DNA of 64,000 nucleotides from Vicugna vicugna (taxonomy: Eukaryota): positions 186,001 through 250,000 of the forward strand of contig MU058290.1 of NCBI GenBank assembly GCA_013265495.1, written 5' to 3'. The translations under genes and the position numbers were made by a program. The notes under the pieces were generated by a model. That model ran no database searches, was not told the DNA's origin, and saw only the letters and a list, made by a program, of their open reading frames with translations. Shown one piece after another: positions 19,799-41,483 of the stretch (its first letter is position 1; the number at the start of each line of letters is the position of its first letter).

Positions 19799-22583
19799 AT
19801 GGCGGCAGATGGAGAGCGATCTCCGCTGCTCTCCGAGCCCATCGACGGTGGCGCCGGCGGCAACGGATTAGTGGGGCCGGGCGGGACTGGGGCTGGGCCC
19901 GGGGGAGGCCTGACCCCCTCCGCACCACCTTACGGAGCCGGTAAACATGCCCCGCCCCAGGGTAAGCCGGGGCGGGTCCGAGGTGTTCCCAGGGGTACGC
20001 TGAGAGGCGGAGGGGGCGGGGCCGAGGGCGGAGGCGGGGCCCAAGCGCCAGGTGCCGAGCTGTTGCACCTGTGACCGGGTGAGGCTTCCTTCCCTCCGCA
20101 GTCGCGACCGGAGCTTGGAAATGGAAGGGGGTTCTGAGGAAGCTGACCGAAGCACTGATTATGAGAAGCCCTCCGAGCTTGGTCAAAAGGGTCGAGGACC
20201 AGGAAGAGTTGCCTCACCCGTGGAGCATCAGTGGGGGTGTCTGCAATTGAGGCCAGCCCTTCTTTTTACCTTCCTCTCCAGCATTTCCCTCGTTCCCCGA
20301 GGGACACCCAGCCGTGTTGCCTGGGGAGGACCCACCCCCCTACTCACCCCTGACCAGCCCGGACAGTGGCAGTGCTCCCATGATCACCTGCCGAGTCTGC
20401 CAGTCTCTCATCAACGTGGAAGGCAAGATGCATCAGCATGTAGTCAAATGTGGCGTCTGCAATGAAGCCACTGTGAGTTATACATATCTATGAAATGGGC
20501 CCTGTTTCCTGGATCCTCTTTCTGATCCCTTGATTCTAGACCCTGACCTTCAGGCGTTAGCCAAGTGCTCATCCTGAAACCCAGGTTTCAGTTCTAGGAG
20601 TCTCACACAGCCATTTCCCCAGAGGCACTCCTCAAAGCTAATGTTTACCATCCCTCACCCTATCCTGGATACTTAAGCCTAGTTTTCATTTGCAAATCTC
20701 AAGTTGTATTTCATTTCTCTGTCTTTCATTTCCTTTTCTCCTTGATTTCTGTGTCCTGGCTAAGCCCTTGTCTTTCTGATCTCTCCTCAGAAGGTGTTTT
20801 TGGAGGAACTGGAAGGGACTGAGATTAGACATTTGCTTACTGATATCCCCATTATTCTCTAGCCAATCAAGAATGCACCCCCAGGGAAAAAATACGTTCG
20901 ATGCCCCTGCAACTGCCTGCTTATCTGCAAAGTGACTTCCCAGCGGATTGCCTGCCCTCGGCCGTACTGGTGAGAGGCATTAAGTTGGGAAGGGCATCAG
21001 TGGGGAAGATTGGAAAGCCAGAAAAGGATGAATGTTTATAGAGAACGTAAAGGTGAGAGAGCCCAGTATTCATTTAGAAGGAGAAAAAGCTAAGGACTGT
21101 TGTGCCTCTAGACTGTTAACAGCCATCTTTCTCATCTCGCAATAAAATGGTTGAGATACAAGTGGTGTCCTTGAGGAAGATGGAGAGTCTCAGAGGCTGG
21201 GTGAATTGTCCTGAGGTAAAAGGGAAATTAGAGACCTGAAGTTTAAGCAGTGCTCTTCCTCGAGGATTCTCTGGGGAAGGCTTAGGGAGCAGAATGCCTT
21301 AAACGTACAGAGAATTAGAGGGACTTAGAGAGACAGGAGTGGGGAATGTGAAGAAGGGATACTGTAGGGATCCTTAGGATTAAAAACTTTTTAAAAATAG
21401 TCTTTTTCTCCTGTACAGCAAAAGAATCATCAACCTGGGGCCTGTGCATCCAGGACCACTGAGTCCAGAACCACAGCCTGTGGGTGTCAGGGTCATTTGT
21501 GGACATTGCAAGAATACTTTTCTGGTAAGATGAGGTATTGGGAAGCCCTGGGTGTGGGGCTGAGAGGAGGAATCATGAATATATTTCTGAGTTGTGATAA
21601 TGAATCTTGAAAAGGTCTGTTCTCTGAGGACCCATCTCCCACCCTCCCCTCCCCAGGGCTCTCATTGAAATGAGCCTGCTTCTTGTATTAATTGGTTTCT
21701 CCCTCCTTTTTTCTCCGTAGTGGACAGAGTTCACAGACCGAACCTTGGCCCGCTGCCCTCACTGCAGGAAAGTGTGAGTGATTAGAGAGTGGCATCGTTG
21801 AGCTGCTAATTGGGTAATATGGAGTCAAAGCTACAGGGCCATTGCAAGCATCCACTTCTGTTTGCCTCCCCACAGGTCATCCATTGGGCGCAGATACCCA
21901 CGAAAGAGATGTATCTGCTGCTTCTTGCTTGGCTTACTCTTGGCAGTCACTGCCACTGGCCTTGCTGTGAGTAACCTTGACCCAATCCCTTTCATTCTGC
22001 AGCCTCATCTCCACAGGCTAAGACTGGGGAAATGGCTGCCCTTAAAAGAAATGAAAGAAACTGAGGGGTATTTGATTGATTTGTCTTGTTTTAATGTGTA
22101 GATGAGCTGAAGCTGAAGGAAACTGATAAAACAGTCTTCATGGTTACTATCGCAGTAAAAAACAGTTATCTTCCTTATGGAGAAGTGGCTTAGATTGAGT
22201 TGTTATTAGGGATCCTGGCTCAGTTGTCAGACATGAAGAAAAACTGACAGATGTCTGGGAGTGTTCCTGCCTCAGGGAAGGGGGCTGAACAACTGGGCCA
22301 TTTAAAAGGTCCCCGAAGGTGGCTACACGTGGATAGGGGACAGAAACTGAAGCTTGAGTCCTGTGTTACTGTCACTAGGGCTCCTGGAAAGTGGTGAGAG
22401 ATCAACAGTAACCCCATCTTTCTTTCTCGTCTTCGTCAGTTTGGCACATGGAAGCATGCGCGGCGATACGGAGGCATCTATGCAGCCTGGGCGTTTGTCA
22501 TCCTGTTGGCTGTGCTGTGTTTGGGCCGGGCCCTCTATTGGGCCTGTATGAAGGTCAGCCACCCCGTCCAGAACTTCTCCTGA
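19799..22583 (+). CDS. PIP4P1: Phosphatidylinositol-4,5-bisphosphate 4-phosphatase 1 (TMEM55B), 7 exons: 19799-19940 (or -19961), 20282-20472, 20863-20969, 21419-21524, 21721-21773, 21876-21966, 22440-22583 (277 or 284 aa)
   Basis: GT-AG introns with frame preserved. [11 protein letters not shown]...PPYSPL...CRVCQSLI...[27 protein letters not shown]...CPHCRKVSSIG, two C-terminal TM helices, ends VSHPVQNFS*. Confidence 0.97.
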
Positions 22584-23262
22584 GCCCCACGAAGACCCAC
22601 AGACTGTGCCTGGCCCCTCCCTGGTGGGGACAGTGACACTATCAAGGGAGCGGTCATAAAAGGCTCCCTGGGCTTCTATTAAGGGGAGCCAAGCAGCTGC
22701 CTGCCTTTTCGCTGGGGAGAGGTAGGAAGGAACCAGGCCCTCACCTAGGTTTGGAGGGTAGGTAAGACCACTGCTGGCCATCTGCTTTCCTCCAAGGGTT
22801 GCTGTGTTTAGGGTGAAGTAGGCGAGACGTTGCCCCTAAACCTGGGTCCTAAAAGACAAGGTTCGAGCCTTGTCCTTCCTATGTGCTCCCCGAGAGCCAT
22901 TCCTGTCCCTTACACATTCCAGGGCAGGGTGGGGGTGGGTAGCCCTGGGGGTCTCCCTCCCTCCCTCTTGTGCACCGTTAGGACCTTGCTGCTGCTATTG
23001 CACTTCACCAGGGGCTGGCTCTGGTCTCAGCACCCAGTCTCCTCTCCCCCCATTCCGTGTCCTGTGGGGGTGGGGTCAGCTGCTGCTCTGTACAGAACCA
23101 CAGGAACTGGTGTGTATATAACTATTTAATGTGGGGTACGTTCCCCTAGTCCTTTCTTTCCCACAATTCCTCCTTTCAACTTTACCCCCCAGTCGCAGTA
23201 TTTTACTTGCCTGGGTAGGGTTGCTGTCATGGGGGAGGTTAGGGACTCATCCTGTGCTTGTA

Positions 23263-23387
23263 AATAAATAAGGTCATGACTACCCTTTTCCAGTTGTTCA
23301 TCTGTATGTGTGACAAGATGAGGGGACTCTAGCCCCACAAAGGGGTAGAATATAAAGACAGCAAGGCTGAAACTATGGCTCTTTATT
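23263..23387. terminator. Convergent poly(A) signals: PIP4P1 AATAAA (+, 23263-23268) and APEX1 AATAAA (-, 23382-23387)
   Basis: Both hexamers are visible between the two convergent stop codons. Confidence 0.75.
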
Positions 23388-23654
23388 TTCACATGGACAG
23401 CTCAAAGGAAGTCATCAGTAGTTTTTGTTTGATGTAAAAAGAGGGAAAAAGAAACCTACACGCACACAAAATCCTTGGGCTAAAAGGAAACCTAAGTCTC
23501 TTACTAGAAGCCTGGTTAAAAGATCTGTAGTTTTAGTAGGGAAACACAGTGCAGATTTCTCTAGAGAGCAGTTTCAAAGAAGTTTGGGGGTTAAGAAATG
23601 TAAAGCTAGTTTGGTGGGCTTATTTCCCAGGCTCGAAGCAATTTAGGGGAGGTG

Positions 23655-25477
23655 TCACAGTGCCAGGTAGAGGGTGATGGGACAGTGGTCACTGCCCAGA
23701 GCCTTGGAACGGATCTTGCTGTCACACAATGCAGGCAACAAAGAGTGAGACAACAAAAAATAATCAAGGCGCCAACCGACGTTTTTGGATCGTGCATTCA
23801 TCATGTAGGTCCAAAAGGTGTAGGCGTAGGCTGTATTAGGGTAGAGGTGCCGGAAACTGTCAGCCAGTGGCACAGCCTGCAGCAATTCCCCAAAGCCTTG
23901 ACGCTCTTGGGGAGTGAAGCCAGCATTCTTTTTGTTCCCCTTTGGATTTCGAAGGTCAATTTCTTCATGAGCCACATTGAGGTCCCCACAAAGCACAAGG
24001 GGCTTGCGGGAAGCCAGACCCTTCAGGAATTTGCGAAAGGCTTCATCCCAGCGCTGCCGGTACTCCAGGCGTACCAGGCCTCGGCCTGCATTAGGTACAT
24101 AGACTGTTACCAGCACAAATGCATCAAATTCAGCCACAATCACTCGGCCTTCTTGATCATGTTCCTCCTCACCTACAGGAATGAAACAGCCAAAAAAAAC
24201 TTAAGAAAAAGAAAAGCAGAGAATAAAGGAATCAAGAATTGGGACCGGAGTGGGATATCAGCAATTGGTTTGGAAGAGCTTGGGCTTTAGGAATCAACGG
24301 GGTCTCACCAATGCCATAGGAGACTTTGATTGGGCACTGGCGGGAGAGTAGGCCCACACCACTGTACCCTTCCTTGTCTGAAGGAGCTGACCAGTACTGA
24401 TGGGGTAGTCCAGACAGCTCTTGAAGTTCAGGTGGCAGTTTGTTCTCTGAACATTTGGTCTCTTGGAGGCACAGGATATCTGGGGCTTCCTCCTTTACCC
24501 ACTGTGAAATGAAAGGTAGAGAAAGTATCAATTCAGCAGACATTTGTTGAAGAATCTACGTGCCAAGTACTAGAGAGAGACAGGTGAGAGTTTCTGGGCA
24601 TAAGGGGTTTAAGTCTAGCAGTACAATACTTAAAACAGTTATAAACTACGTAACTGGCAAGGAGGCAAGAAAGGGTGTTACATGCAACACTGAGATTTTT
24701 TTTTTTCTTATAGGCAATGGATAGCCAACTAAGATTTTTAGGCTGTTGGAAATGCTGGAGATACAATGGAGCAAGTCCAGCATCAAGGTTTTTCTGACAT
24801 GCTGGGGAAGAGATGAGAACTTTAAACAAGACACTGGCAGTGGGACTGTCAGAATGGCATTTAAGAAATACAAGTGGTATGACTTGGTGAAAATTCTCCT
24901 TTTACCTTTTCCACAAGAAAACTAACTACATATGAGAAAAATTAAACCTAGTACTGGGGGCTAAAATGGGAAAAGGCGATTAAACCCCAAGATCAGCCAC
25001 TGCTCTTCCCTCAATTCCACTCACATCTAAACCTTTCTTCTTAATCCAGGCTCGAAGCCCATCCACATTCCAGGAACAGATCTTGAGCGTGGCTGATTTG
25101 CCACTGGGTGAGGTTTTCTGATCTGGGGGGTCCTCATACAGGGCTGCTCCCTCTCCCGCTGCCTCTTTTTCGGTTTTTTTTGCTCCCGTCTTACTCTTCT
25201 TGGCCTCTGGTTCTATAAAATAAGTAATACATAGTGATAAAAGTTGGCGGTATCCAACTTTGATCCGGAGTTAACGAAACCCACTGAGAGCCTGCAGTTG
25301 CCGCGACTTCTTCACAAACTGCAAGAATATGGAGTCGGTCTGTACTTCCCCTTCATCGCGGAGATTATAGCCATCCCCATCGCAGTCTCTAGGGAGAGGG
25401 GCCCATTTCATTCTCTTACCAGTTTTGGGCTCTTCCCCGTCTTCTGCCACCGCTCCCTTTTTCCCACGCTTCGGCAT
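23655..25477 (-). CDS. APEX1: DNA-(apurinic/apyrimidinic site) endonuclease 1, 4 coding exons: 25477-25420, 25212-25025, 24501-24309, 24172-23655 (957 nt, 318 aa)
   Basis: [14 protein letters not shown]...[14 protein letters not shown]...LCLQETKC...YVPNAGRG...CGDLNVAH...GWRLDYF...[13 protein letters not shown]; exon sizes 58/188/193/518. Confidence 0.98.
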
Positions 25478-25699
25478 CACTGTAACGTACGCCTTTCTGC
25501 ACCAGTTCCACGTCGCCCACCGAAGCAGTATTTTTACCGCGTTGCCTATACACGCAAAGAAGTCGTGAAACCAGCTAAGGCGGGGAAGACTCCTCCCTCG
25601 GGCGTCCCCGCACCAGGTCCCGCCTTTCAAACCACATTATCCCTGAATCTTTTCCCCGCCTCCGTGCACCCTCGGCCTTTCAGCCCCTCCACCTCAGGA

Positions 25700-26595
<896 letters not shown>

Positions 26596-27041
26596 TGAGT
26601 AAGGAGTTTTATTTTTGCGGCGCGCTTCTCCGCATAGCATCACCTTACGTCTTCGTAAACGTTAGTGAACCAGGGCGTGGAGCGCCATGTCACCTTAGAG
26701 AGTTTTGCTCCGACTCTTTGACAGTATTAACGTCACAAGGCTGTTGGATAGAAGAGTCACAGCCACTTGGACCAGGATCTTCTGAGTTCATTCAGCCTTT
26801 AGTGAGTGCCTTTCATGTGCTATTACGTCAGCTGGCTGCTGGATACAAAAGTAAATGTTCTGAACCTGCTGTGGAGGGGGACATGTAAAGAGAACTTTAC
26901 ACCACAGTATGGAAAATAGTATAATGTAGATGCAACCAAAATATTCTAGAATGAGGAGTGTAAAGACTCCCAGCTTAGGTGTTGGACAGGACTAGCTGGC
27001 TTTGTGATACTCAGAATTTGTTTTTGGACTTCTGTTCCTTA

Positions 27042-27233
27042 TTTTTTTTTAATTGAAGTATAGTCAGTTAAAAACTACAACAGTTACAATGTTGTGTTAG
27101 TTTCTGCTGTACAGCATAATTGTTGTCATACATACACATACATATATTCGTTTTCATATTTTTCATGATAGGTTATTACAAGATGTTGAATATGGTTCCT
27201 TGTGCTGTACAGTACAAACTTGTTTATCTATTT
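27042..27233 (-). mobile_element. LINE-1 3' fragment with TSD in OSGEP intron 1 (duplicated at about 33594-33785)
   Basis: Poly(T)-aattgaagtatagtcag...acttgtttatctattt, flanked by tgttccttatt. Confidence 0.8.
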
Positions 27234-27873
27234 TTGTTCCTTATTCCTAAAAATGGGAAGGATAATACCTGTGTCACTGAGTCTTGGGAATTAAAGTACC
27301 AGACACATTATGACTTTTCATAAATGTTATTTGTAAGTAATTACGTTGTATCTTGCCTACCCTCCACCCAAACACCTGCATATATAGGGTAGGGCACCTG
27401 AAACCTTATGGACCTGAAAAGCCTCCCTAAACAGGTGATATTGTGACAGGTTACTCATTAGAAGTGTATGTGTATGTTAAACACTCTTCTGGCACCAAAA
27501 ATACAAAGATAAATAAAATATCAAAGCCAATGCTTTGAGACGCTCGTGGTTAAAATGGGGAATCTATAGTTGTTGCATGTTAACATATAGTGTGTTAAGA
27601 ACAGTGATGTGATCACACATAGGGTTTGTGGGGTCACAGAAGATCACCAAGAAGTATGAGGTTGGTATTACTTGAATTGAGTCCCGAAGGCTGCCTAGGA
27701 ATTGGGTATGAAGTAGGGCATTTCTGAGAACTTTTCAGCCTAGCTGAAGAGGCTAGAAAGACTATACCTGAAAAAGAAGACAGGATGCATGAGGAAAGTG
27801 GAAGAGACTCTTCCTACCCTACTAAAACGTCTATTTTTGACTTCTACTTATCTTTCTATAGAAAACCCTATGA

Positions 27874-28068
<195 letters not shown>

Positions 28069-28429
28069 TAGGTCAAAATGGCCTGCAGCTCCCTCTGCTA
28101 CCACCACGACTTCCATCCCACTTCTCACATCCCCAGCTTCCCCCAGCTCTGTTTTTCCCAATCTCTATAGGATTCTGACTCCCACTTCTGTCCCCCTAGG
28201 TCCTGGCATGGGTGCTCCACTGGTTTCTGTGGCTGTGGTGGCCCGTACTGTGGCCCAGTTGTGGAATAAGCCATTGCTGGGTGTTAACCATTGTATAGGC
28301 CACATTGAGATGGGCCGTCTCATCACTGGAGCCACCAGCCCAACTGTGCTGTATGTCAGTGGAGGAAATACACAGGTATTTAGAGCACTTCACCATTCCT
28401 TCTTTTTTCATTGTTCCCTTAGGGATTTG

Positions 28430-28860
28430 GGGATTTTTTAATGACTGAAACAAACAGATCTAAAACCACAGGTTCTGGAAGAACCTTTTGTTCTTGCCGA
28501 TCTTCTATCTCTCCTCAAATTTGACCTTGGCTGCCTGTACAGAGCGTTTAAGAGCAAGGTCTCTGAAGACATCCTTGCTGACAACAGTTTTGTCCAAAGC
28601 AAAGTACCTTGTGGGCATGAAGTGATGATAGTTATAAACTTTCACAAAAGACTTGATCTTTGACCTCATGCCGATTTTCTTCTTGCCTGTAGTAGCTGTC
28701 ACTTTGCAGGGATAGTGATCAATACCAGCCACCAGAGCATGGCTTATAGGGTCGGTCTAAGATGCAGTCATCAGTGCTCTTCATGATGACTGGCCAGGAG
28801 CAACACTGCCTTCCCAGGTTTCCTGAACTTGCCCGTTTCTATAGCAACCACTCAGGTGGC
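28430..28860 (-). pseudogene. RPL27: Processed RPL27 pseudogene in OSGEP intron 3 (copy 1)
   Basis: Intronless [11 protein letters not shown]...[19 protein letters not shown]...[13 protein letters not shown]...AKVKFEER*. Start decayed to ACG (28836), deletions and a premature stop, native TAG at 28462-28460 followed by ATTAAA. Confidence 0.93.
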
Positions 28861-30439
28861 TCCATCATCTCTTCTTAATTTCTAAGGAACTATTCCAGCC
28901 ACTTTCATGTTCTGTCTGAGTGGCAGGAACTGCAAGAACAAAGCTGGACTCATCTGAACCTAAAACGTGATACACTAGAAAACCCACAACACAGTTGATA
29001 ACATTGCATATTTGGGCAGGATGATTAGAATATTAGATGACTTTTATATATGTGGTTATAAAGATGAGGAATTTCCAGTTTAGAGAGGGAAAGAATAGTA
29101 ATGATTGAAGTATTCAAAAGACATTTTCATTTTTATTATTTTGGAGCTTTTTTTTTTTCTGTGAACCTTAGCAATTAAAACTAAGAGGCACTATTCTGTT
29201 TGTTTCTTTACAATAACTTCCTGTTTTGTTTTAGTTACTGGTGGCAAATATGCAGAAGTTTTTACTCTAAGAGTGTGAAAATACAAATCATTTTTAAAAT
29301 AAGAACCATGAGTGGTAGAAGATATTTTAAATTTATAGGTGAAGCCAGAGTTGTTTGGGATACCTTACAAGATCTTTTAAGGCTGGGATTAAGAACTCCA
29401 GCCTGCCTGTCCCACATCACAGCTGATGAAATTTTTGTGAGAAATAGTCATTGTCCTCAGCTTATGAAAGGGTTGTATTCTAAAACTTCACTTTGTGAAA
29501 TAGTTATTAAAGATGAAGCAGGCATTCCTATGAAAATGATGTGGGAACTTTAACCAGTGGAGGGCAAGTAACTGGTTGAGGCCTGAAGGATGTCGTACGA
29601 GACTAGGGCCTTGGGGTGAGGAAAGTAGCAGTGGAAGCCTGCGAGAATTAATGGAGGTGAATGGTGATGGAGTTTTCTCTTCTTTTCCTCTTCCCTTTTG
29701 AAGCCTGCTTAAGTGTTATTAAAAAAAAAAAAAGATTAGGTAGGGAGGAGTGGATAACAGAAATAGAAAGGCAGACTTTTTTCTTCCCAGCCTTTTGACA
29801 GTTGCATAAGATTTGCATCAGAGCAGAAGAAAATCCCCAGCTGCACCAGATGGGGACAGGGAAACACTCCCTGTCGCAAGCATGGGGCGTATTTGTCAGT
29901 GGGTGATAAATACTCTCTGTGCTAGAAATCGGTCACATAGGAAGAATAGACCTAAGTTGGTTGCCAGTACTGAGTTGGATAGGCCATTAGTCTACCCAAT
30001 ATGGAATTTCTGAGTTTTTTAAACTCTACCTCTTGTTTCCAAATACCAAATACCACCATCCTGGTAGTTCTGGAAGAACTCTGGTTCCCTGCCTCTGAGA
30101 AGGAAAGCCTGTTCGCTAGTCCACACTGTCTAGGCTGCTTTTAAAGGATATATCAGGAACCTCCAAGCTAGAAAAATGTATCCCAGATGACAATTTGCTT
30201 CTGCCCTGACTTAGACTACTTTCTGTAGATGAGGAATCTGCTCTGGGAATTCTTGGTATATATAGTCTTGTCAGATAAGAGGTATAAAAAGTACCCATTG
30301 AGGGTTTGGAAACGTACTTTTTCTCCATTGCCTATTGGAAGCGCTAGTGGCCATGGTGATGTTCTGCTGTGTTCTTCCCCAAAGCCAAATGCTCCTCTTT
30401 ACAGACTTGAGGTTTCATGGACATCCTCATCACCCTTAG

Positions 30440-30568
<129 letters not shown>

Positions 30569-31583
30569 TGAATGAATTTCTGGGAAGCCACGGAAAAGGA
30601 GGGAGAAGGTAGTAAATTAGCATCCTGTGCTTCCTGGCTATCTGACTTCATCCTCTTTTGCCTTCTGCTAGATTTCCAATGACCCAAGTCCAGGCTACAA
30701 CATTGAACAGATGGCAAAGCGGTAAGGGGACATAAGGTGGAAGGAGGCTGACTGGTGGGGCGCCATATGCATTAATGAGGTTTGGGAGGGCTTTGGAGGG
30801 TGAGCAGCCAGCTGGCCACGGGCTTAGTGCGTCATATACTCACTCCCACATAGAGGCAAGAAGCTAGTTGAGCTGCCATACACGGTAAAGGGGATGGACG
30901 TCTCATTCTCGGGGATCTTGTCTTTCATTGAGGTGAGTGTGGGAGAGGGGAGGAGATGGCCATTTCCGTGCTTTTTAATGAAGCCTATGTGTCTTGCTCA
31001 CCATTGTGTTTCCTGCATGTAGCACTGTGCTGGCCCATTTTAGATGCTGAATAAATACATTCAGCAAGTATTTATTGAACGTCTCTGTGTGCCAGGTACT
31101 GTTTAAGGCAACAGTGATACAAGATGGAAAAAACAAAAATCCCTGCCTACTTGGAGCTTGCATTCTCATTGGGGGCAGACATACAGAAACTGGAAAAAGA
31201 AGAAGGAAAAAAGAAGGGGGGGGAAATAATAAAGTAAAAAAGGGTCATATGATGACAAGTCCTATGGAGAAGAATTAACCAGGGTAGAGGGGTGCCAAGG
31301 CAGGCAGTCATAATTATTGAATCCTGAAGGAACGCTGCTAGTTGTATAGCTCAGTGCCTGCGAAGGGCAAGGTGTCATAGGGCGTGTGCTGGGAAGTTGA
31401 GTTGTGGTGAAATGCAGTGATCTTCCAAGTGCACTGATTTTTTGCTCTCATGTCACCCCCAGAACCACTACTCATTATTTTATCTGTTTTCCCCTTTAAC
31501 TATAGGATGTAGCCCAGCGGATGCTGGCCACAGGCGAGTGTACTCCTGAGGATCTCTGTTTCTCCCTGCAGGTAGTGGGGTGA

Positions 31584-31784
<201 letters not shown>

Positions 31785-32249
31785 TGAACTAGGCTCCTCT
31801 TCCCTGATTTGGGCCACATGCGTCTTCCTCCTGATACTCGAAATCTCTGAGACTTTGGGGAAATTACTAATTTTATTTCTTGTCCTATGCTTCCCAATAC
31901 CTGCCTCCTAGAACCCCTACTTTCTAAGGCAGTGCACATGAGGTGTACAGCTAGACTGGAGAAACGGCTAAAACTAAGATAACCCTACCCCTCCCTCTTC
32001 GTAGGTAACATGCGGTTACAGGAAATGATGGAGACAATGTGCCAGGAACGCGGAGCCCGGCTTTTTGCCACAGATGAGAGGTAAAGGCCCCTTCCACCTA
32101 TACACGCAAAGAAGTCGTGAAACCAGCTAAGGCGGGGAAGACTCCTCCCTCGGGCGTCCCCGCACCAGGTCCCGCCTTTCAAACCACATTATCCCTGAAT
32201 CTTTTCCCCGCCTCCGTGCACCCTCGGCCTTTCAGCCCCTCCACCTCAG

Positions 32250-39018
<6,769 letters not shown>

Positions 39019-41069
39019 CAAGGTTAATAGGATCGGAGTAGGCAGAGCCCTACGTGGAGCCCCTGGGGCCCTGCGCCTTAATCTTTGTGCTGACACAAGA
39101 GTCCTGACAAGGCTGTGGATTCCCCTCTCCCATCATTTGAACCTCAAGATGACTCAACAATAAAACATTTTTTTGGTTTTGTATGTTGGTAATCAGCTCG
39201 TGTTCAGGAGTGATACACAGCTGGCACTGGATAAATCGTTGCTGACGGGGTGATGGGTAAGGAGGCAGGGGCCGGAGCAGCCCGTTGGCTGACTGCAGGT
39301 GGCTGCTCTGGAGCTGAGATGGAGGGGATAGCTTAGATATTCTAACCTCCCCTTAACAGTGCTGTTATCATTAATACTATTTTTAGCACCAGATCTTGTG
39401 CTAATTGCTTTATATTGATCTCATTTAAATTCTTTGAAGTATGAGTACTCAGGATCTCCCTGAAAATAGACTAAAGCCAAGTGTAATTTCATACTAACTG
39501 TTAACTCAAAGGTAAAACTGTCTCCCCTCCATATACTGAGTCCTACATACACTTCCCTTGGCAGATTTGGGGGGGCCCCAAGTACACATCTCTCCCCACC
39601 ACAGCCACCAGCACTAATCTTGTCATGTCCTTTGTCTTGTTTATGTCAGTCACCACCAGAAGTCCCGAACTATCAAGTCACTGCTCATCTTTCAAAGTCT
39701 AGTAACCATTACTCTCCACTCCCTTTTTTGTCCCCAGCTACCTCCGTCTTTTAACTCCTGAAATTCTTTTTGTGATCTCTGACGTTAATAGCTAGTCATT
39801 AGCAAAATTTCCCTATATCCTCAGCCTCCTCTCTGAATGTTCCGTTTCCACAGTCCCGCTCTAAGCCCTGGTTCCTCCTGAGGCCTCTGCTCCTCCCACC
39901 AGCTCTGGTGCTGGTGTTTTCTCTCACACCCGTTGTATCACTGAGCTGGAGCCAGTGCAGGTCTCCCCATTTTTCCTCCTACTATTTCTAGATTACTCTC
40001 TGTCATCCCTAACATACCTCAACTTTGAAAGACAAGTCAACAACTCATAAATCTTGGTGATTTAAATATCCAGGTAGATTATCTTCCTAACACTCTGGTC
40101 TCAGTTCTTTGCTCCTCTCTCCCCACTTCAGCTACTCATTCCCCTGCTTATATTCTAGACCTACAGCTGCTCCAGATCTCAATCTCAAACATCCCACTCC
40201 CACTATTCCTATTTTTCCAGTTCATTTCACATGTCTTCATTTCCCTCCTCCAGCTGAATCCCAGTCATGAGGACTTCGCTGCAGGCACCTCATCTCCCTC
40301 CCTTGCCTCTTGGTTTTGGTCATGCTCAGCCCTTCACCCACTTTACGTCTAGACCCGTGCAGCTGAAAGGGCCGGGAAAAACAGGCTGACTTGCCTTACT
40401 TTAAATTCATCACTGTGAAACTTAAGTAGGTCCTTTATGCTACTAGCAACATTCCCTACTTCTGTCACTTGGCCTCTTTTCTGATCACTGTTTTATTCCT
40501 TCTAATCCCTCAAATCTCCAGCATCTCCTCTCATCCTCACTTTTACTTTGGTAGAGAATGGAAACAAATCAGAAGAGGTTCACAGGCTCCTACCACTACG
40601 TCTATATCCAACATTGATCCCCGTACACTCTGTTTTCCCTCCTGTTACTGCATAACAGTGGTTCTCAACTGGGACTGATTTTGCTCCCAGAGGACATTTG
40701 GTTGTCACACCTGGGAGGTGGTGCTACTGGGTAGAGGCCAGGCATGCTGCAAAATATCCTACAATGCACAGAACAGCCTCCCACAACAGAATTACCTGGG
40801 TTTAAATGTCACTGGTGTCAAGGTTGAGAAACGCTGCTCTAAACAGGGCTCTCCAAATCCTGGTGTAGCCAGTCCCATCCTCCAGCTTTCAAGGACATCT
40901 CTCAACAGCTCTCCCTCCTTTTCTGTAGAATTAGTATTCCCCTTTCTCTCCTGGGGAGTCCTCTCAGCACACAAACATGCTACCATTTTCCTCATCTTAC
41001 AAATACGTAAACCTCTCTTGGCCCCATTCCTTCTAATTTTCCTGCTCTATTTTTAAAATATTATTTTTT

Positions 41070-41210
41070 AGGGTGGTAGTGGTAGATTGTGTGCTTGTCA
41101 TGCACAAGGTCCCAGGCTCAATCCCCAGTACCTCCTTTAAAAATAAATGAATAAACCTAATTACCTCCCCTTCCAAAAAATAAACAAATTATTTAAAAAT
41201 AAATAAATAA
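41070..41210 (+). mobile_element. Degenerate Vic-1-like SINE
   Basis: gtggtagattgtgtgcttgtcatgcacaaggtcccaggctcaatccccagtacctcc...aaacctaattacctcccc plus A-rich tail. Confidence 0.8.
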
Positions 41211-41483
41211 TCAATCTGAATAAAGAGACAAGCTGGAAGAAATTTTAAAAAATAAATATTTTGTATTGTTGAGTTACAGTGTTATACTAGTTTCAGGTGT
41301 ACAACATAATGATTCAGTGTCTTTGTAGGTCATCTTCCATTTAAAGTTATGATAAATACTCGCTGTATTCCCTGTGCTGTATAATATATCCTTACAGTTT
41401 ATTTTTTCTGCTGTATTTTATAGCAAAATACCTTAAAAGAGTCGTTTCCACTTCCTCTCCACCAATTCTCTATTTCTTACTAC

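Noticed and set aside
19513..20217. Overlapping ORFs around PIP4P1 exon 1
   Set aside because: GC-rich island artefacts; only the [11 protein letters not shown] frame splices into a complete gene.
23652..24290. 212-aa ORF on the + strand
   Set aside because: It is the antisense shadow of the last APEX1 coding exon, starts at GTG, and shows no recognisable protein features.
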